Positions 59,701 through 64,000 of a DNA stretch of 64,000 nt are shown in pieces (position 1 is the first letter of the stretch; each line of letters starts with the position of its first letter). A model generated the notes under the pieces. The model was not told the origin of the DNA. It did not search any database and saw only the letters and a program-made list of their open reading frames with translations. This stretch comes from Eledone cirrhosa. Lineage: Eukaryota. Made by a program: the position numbers and the translations under genes. The stretch lies in NCBI GenBank assembly GCA_964016885.1, contig OZ024764.1, forward strand, positions 16,740,001 to 16,804,000, given 5' to 3'.

Positions 59701-61336
59701 GTTTTTTTAGATATTTTCTGCTAAATCATGACAGGATGTTAACAGTTAATTTATTTTTCCAATTTTCAGGTACAGCAGCTGTTGGGTGAACCAATTAAAG
59801 CATACGGAGAGGAATCAGGGCGGCGTAGGAGACGTCATGTGAGGTAAGTGCCTAAGCAGCTACCGGTTAATGAGGTCTGTGTAGAAGAGATGATGTGAGG
59901 TGAGTGTCCATTGGAGACAGCATTCGTTTGGTGGTGTGTTTGTGCAGCTTAACCATATATACTCATATATAAGCTGAGAAATATGGGACAAAAAATGGAT
60001 GAGGGTGTGCTTATATTTGAGGTTAATATTTTGTCAATTTTAACCAACATCAAAATTTTTTATAGATAAGATGCTGAAATATTTTGGCTTTGGAGATGAA
60101 ATCTGCATTCTGAGTTCAAATCCCGCTGAGGTTAACTTTGCCTTTCATCCTTACAGGGTTGATAAAATAAAGTACCAGTAATACACTGGGGTAATTGCTG
60201 GCCTTGTGCCAAAAGTAGAAACAATTATTTTAATGTTACATTTTTTTTTTTTTCTTCAGTCATGCAGAATTTAATATCGGTGATACGAAACACCTAAGAC
60301 TGCGGTTCTATATCGAAGGACCATATAGGAAAGCAACGGTCAACTTGGAAAAGAAACAGGTGAAACAAATATTACATTTTTTTAAAGCAGACATTTTCAC
60401 ACTTGGAAGAGAGAGTGGCTGTGAGGTTTTGGTGGTAGGTTGCTGCTGGCTCAGAGTTGTCTGGTTGATGCAAGGTTGCCTGAGTAGTCCAGAGTTGTCT
60501 GGTTGGTTCAAGGTTGCCTGAGTGGCTCAGAGTTGCCTGGCTGTCTCAGGGTTGCCTGATTGTCTTAGGGTTGCCTGATTGTCTTAGAGTTGCCTGAGTG
60601 GCTCAGAATTACCTTGCTGTCTCAGGGTTACCTGGTTGTCTCAGAGTTGCCTGAGTGGCTCAGAATTACCTTGCTGTCTCAGGGTTACCTGGTTGTCTCA
60701 GAGTTGCCTGGTTGTCTCAGAGTTGCCCGAGTGGCTCAGGGTTTGCCTGACTGACTCTCAGAGTTGCCTTGCTGTCTCAGGGCTGCCCGACCAGTTTAAA
60801 GTTGCCTGGCTGTTTCAGAAATGGTATTAGAAAGGATCTCCAAACAGAACCATGCCAAAATACAGAATGTATGTGTTAGATGTGATGATCTGAATCACCC
60901 AGTCTCCGTCCCTGGTGACTTGTCCAACCCATGCCAGCATGGAAAGTGGACAGATGGTTGTGGTAGTGTGTTGCTCAGTGAATCAGTGTAGAGGTTGTAG
61001 TAGTAGTGGTGGTAGATATAGACAGTGAGAAGATAAAGTGTTGGTGAATGAATCAGAGTAGAGATAGTGGTAGTGGTGGCTGTGGTAGTGGCTGTAGTAG
61101 TAGTGGTGGCTGTAGTAGTAGTAGTGGTACAGGCTGTAGTAGTGATAGTGGTTGTAGTAGTGGTGGCTGTGGTAGTAGTGGTAGAGGCTGTAGTGGTAGC
61201 TACACTGTCATGGCTGGCTGTTCATACACTTTTCTCTTTATTCCAGAACGACAGAGGTAAATACGAATACCGGTACTTATTTGTACAGTGTGACACCTAC
61301 CCCAACCAAGTGGTCGTTCTCGAAGATAACCGATAA
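56054..61336 (+). CDS. TIMM21: Mitochondrial import inner membrane translocase subunit Tim21; complete, 6 coding exons
   Basis: Exons 56054-56384 (an upstream in-frame ATG at 56027 is an alternative start), 57522-57584, 58610-58707, 59770-59843, 60260-60359, 61247-61336; GT-AG and phase-consistent, 251 aa. Basic presequence-like N-terminus, then KVKEASKDVTYTGVIIVGVGITAIMFYAIAKELLS (TM helix), GEPIKAYGEESGRRRRRHVSH, RLRFYIEG, and terminal KYEYRYLFV..YPNQVVVLEDNR*, all typical of Tim21. Confidence 0.95.
56890..57165 (+). mobile_element. CRE/NeSL-type non-LTR restriction-like endonuclease fragment
   Basis: GLDRGDSKLPDGITIFP...LVWDATCSDTF and KLSKY...AVETSGVLGP across a frameshift. Confidence 0.7.
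57650..58575 (+). mobile_element. RTE/Expander-like LINE 3' end with 65-bp unit expanded about 10x
   Basis: Same unit as 16440-17135, followed by AKPTGRRPRGRPRTR and a (gaa)n tail. Confidence 0.85.
59495..59688 (+). mobile_element. Unexpanded piggyBac-type MITE
   Basis: TTAA on both sides; the locally duplicated segment at about 59360-59395 shows the empty site. A reverse copy lies at 62113-62322. Confidence 0.8.
60440..60812. repeat. About 19-20-bp degenerate minisatellite
   Basis: Unit ctcagagttgcctggttgt with variants. Confidence 0.8.
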
Positions 61337-62857
61337 CCAATTATCACACTACTTTAACCCTTTGGCTACCAATATTCCTAATAAAAGACACTGTTGGTGT
61401 TTGGAACATAACTTAACAAAGGTTCTTATATAAAATTAAGATGGAAGGTTTTTAGATAAATATAAACACTTTAACCCTTTCATTACCATATTTCTAATGA
61501 AAGACACTGTTGGTGTTTGGAACATAACTTAACAAAGGTTCTTACATAAAATTATAATGGAAGGTTTTTAGATAAATATAAACACTTTAACCCTTTCATT
61601 ACCATATTTCTACTGAAAGACACTATTGGTGTTTGGAACATAACTTAACAAAGGTTATTATATAAATACTTTAACCCCTCCATTACCATATTTTTAATAA
61701 AAGACAGTTTATAATGTTTTAAAACTGAAATAAAATTATGTTGCAAAGTTTTACTTTAAATAGGAACTCTATAAAATAGTAGGTTTTGTTTCATGGTACC
61801 AGAGCACATTTTAGCTGGGTTAGTATCAAATTATTTCATTACTAAGATAGTAACATAACATATGGTTCTAATATAAAATTGTGTTAGATGATTTTCATTT
61901 AAATAGGAACCCTTTAAAATGGGTGGTTTTGTTTTGAGCCAGAGATAGTTCTGGTTGGGTTGATATCAAAATATTATTTCACTACAAATCCCGCCGAGGT
62001 TAACTTTGCCTTTCATCCTTACAGGGTCGATAAAATAAAGTACCAGTAATACACTGGGATAATTGCTGGCCTTGTACCAAAAGTAAAAATAATTATTTCA
62101 TTACTAAGATAGTAACCCTTTAGCATTTAAACCAGCCATATCCGGCCAAAATTCTCACACCAGCCATAACTGGCTGCTCATACTTATGTTAAGGTATTGT
62201 TCTCAAAATAAATAATATTGAAATCTCATAGATATGATATTATGTGAGATAATTACGTGAAATAAAGCCTTTACCATGAAAACAATAGAATATATAGAGT
62301 AATGTAAATGCTAAAGGGTTAACATATGGGCCTTATATAAAATTATGTTGGTTTTGTTTCATACAACCAGAGCCAATTTTGGCTAGGTTAGTAGCAAAAG
62401 GGTTAACAAAGAGTTTAGAGCTGATACAAAGTTTCATCTGTCAGTTGCCAGGAAGAATATGGCAGCCAAAACAAATCCAAAGACCCAGTATTAGCACGAT
62501 GTAACTGTGCTATTTCTTAATAAAATAACTCTGGTAGTTTTTTTTCATTATTGAAAAAAAAAAAAAACATATTTTCAAAATAATAAAAATAAATTCAAAC
62601 AAATAAAAAAATAAAAATCTATAAATTTGAATAAAATTTGTTTGAAATTCAATTCTTCAAAATTTTCAGTGAGATGTTTCTTCTTTATACCTTTCTTTTG
62701 GGCCTTTCTGGTGGCAAAATCCTTCTCATAGTCAATGATCCAGGCCCCAAAATACTTGAAATCCCTGTCGATTGCTTTAATGTTGTTGCCTGTACAGTTT
62801 GACATGTACTGTTTTGCCCTTGTTGAGATGAAGGCCAACAAGGGCGGTTGCTTCCTG

Positions 62858-62996
62858 ACCTACACTACTACTACTACCTTGACGGCACCTACACTACTAC
62901 TACCTTGATGGCACCTACACTACTACCTTGATGGCACCTACACTACTACTACTACCTTGATGGCACCTACACTACTACCTTGATGGCACCTACACT
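62858..62996. repeat. Short tandem repeat (about 23-29 bp)
   Basis: Unit cctacactactaccttgatggca with a variable number of tac triplets. Confidence 0.8.
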
Positions 62997-63602
62997 CGCC
63001 TGCTTCAACACATTCAGAACATAAGCTGGCAACATCTGACTTTGAGAGAGATATATGCCGGCCTTCCACACATATCTGTCGTATGTAAAAGGAGAGTAAG
63101 ATTTGCTGGCCACTGCCATCGTGCCACCTATCAAGCTGTATCCCCATTAGTGCTTTGGAAACCACAAGTAGTCACTAATAACAGGGGACACAAGCTCTCC
63201 TATCCCAATTAGCTGGCCACTACCAGCATACTTAACAAAGGTTCTTACATTAAATTATGATGGAGGGTTTTTAGATAAATACAAACACTTTAACCCTTTT
63301 GTTACCATGAAAGCAATAATAAAAATGGTTTTTGATTTAAGCAGAAGGCCAGCAATATTGGGGGAGGGGAAAGTCGATTAAATCGACCGCAGTGCGTGAC
63401 TGGTATTTTATCAACCCATGTAAGGATGAAAGGCAAAGTTAACCTCGGCAGGATTTGAACTCAGATCTTAAAGGGACGTAACTCTATGCTGCAAAACATG
63501 GCGTCCGACCCTTCTACTGCCACAGTTCCAATAATAAGAATGATGATGATAATAACAATAATTTATTTGAGAAATGAATATAAAATACGACAGCAAGGAA
63601 TG

Positions 63603-63633
<31 letters not shown>

Positions 63634-63650
63634 GTATTGTTATACTTGGG

Positions 63651-63689
<39 letters not shown>

Positions 63690-63859
63690 ATATATATATA
63701 TATACACGTATATATATATATATACACATATATATACATGTATACACACACATACACACATGTATACATACATACATATACCTACATACATACATATATA
63801 TATATACATGTATATATATATATATATATGTATATACATGTATATATATATATATATAT

Positions 63860-63899
<40 letters not shown>

Positions 63900-64000
63900 A
63901 TATATATATATATATATACATGTATATATATATATATATATATACATGTATATATATATACATGTATATATACATGTATATATATATACATGTATATATT

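Overview
Repeat-rich eukaryotic DNA. The SINE/RTE families and microsatellite load point to a coleoid cephalopod, probably an octopod (inference). Two divergently transcribed genes were rebuilt by hand from splice sites and reading frame. On the minus strand is C2CD3 (centriolar C2-domain protein): a non-coding first exon at about 42370-42545, then 37 phase-consistent coding exons from 40347 to 1990 (1728 codons), continuing past the left edge. On the plus strand is a complete 6-coding-exon TIMM21 (56054-61336, 251 aa). Between the two promoters lies an 11.4-kb macrosatellite of about 625-bp monomers with dimeric higher-order structure; each monomer carries a Pol III-type A box, B box and T-run. 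Introns contain SINEs, LINE fragments, a mariner MITE, non-autonomous Helitrons and a piggyBac-type MITE whose internal 72 bp has repeatedly expanded into satellites. The most notable hidden signals are several Penelope/retrozyme-type minimal hammerhead ribozyme motifs and long fold-back palindromes in C2CD3 introns, including a 162-bp near-perfect palindrome carrying a hammerhead core about 20 nt from a splice donor. Most long ORFs in the supplied track are artefacts of simple repeats. Family assignments are from recalled motifs, not database searches.
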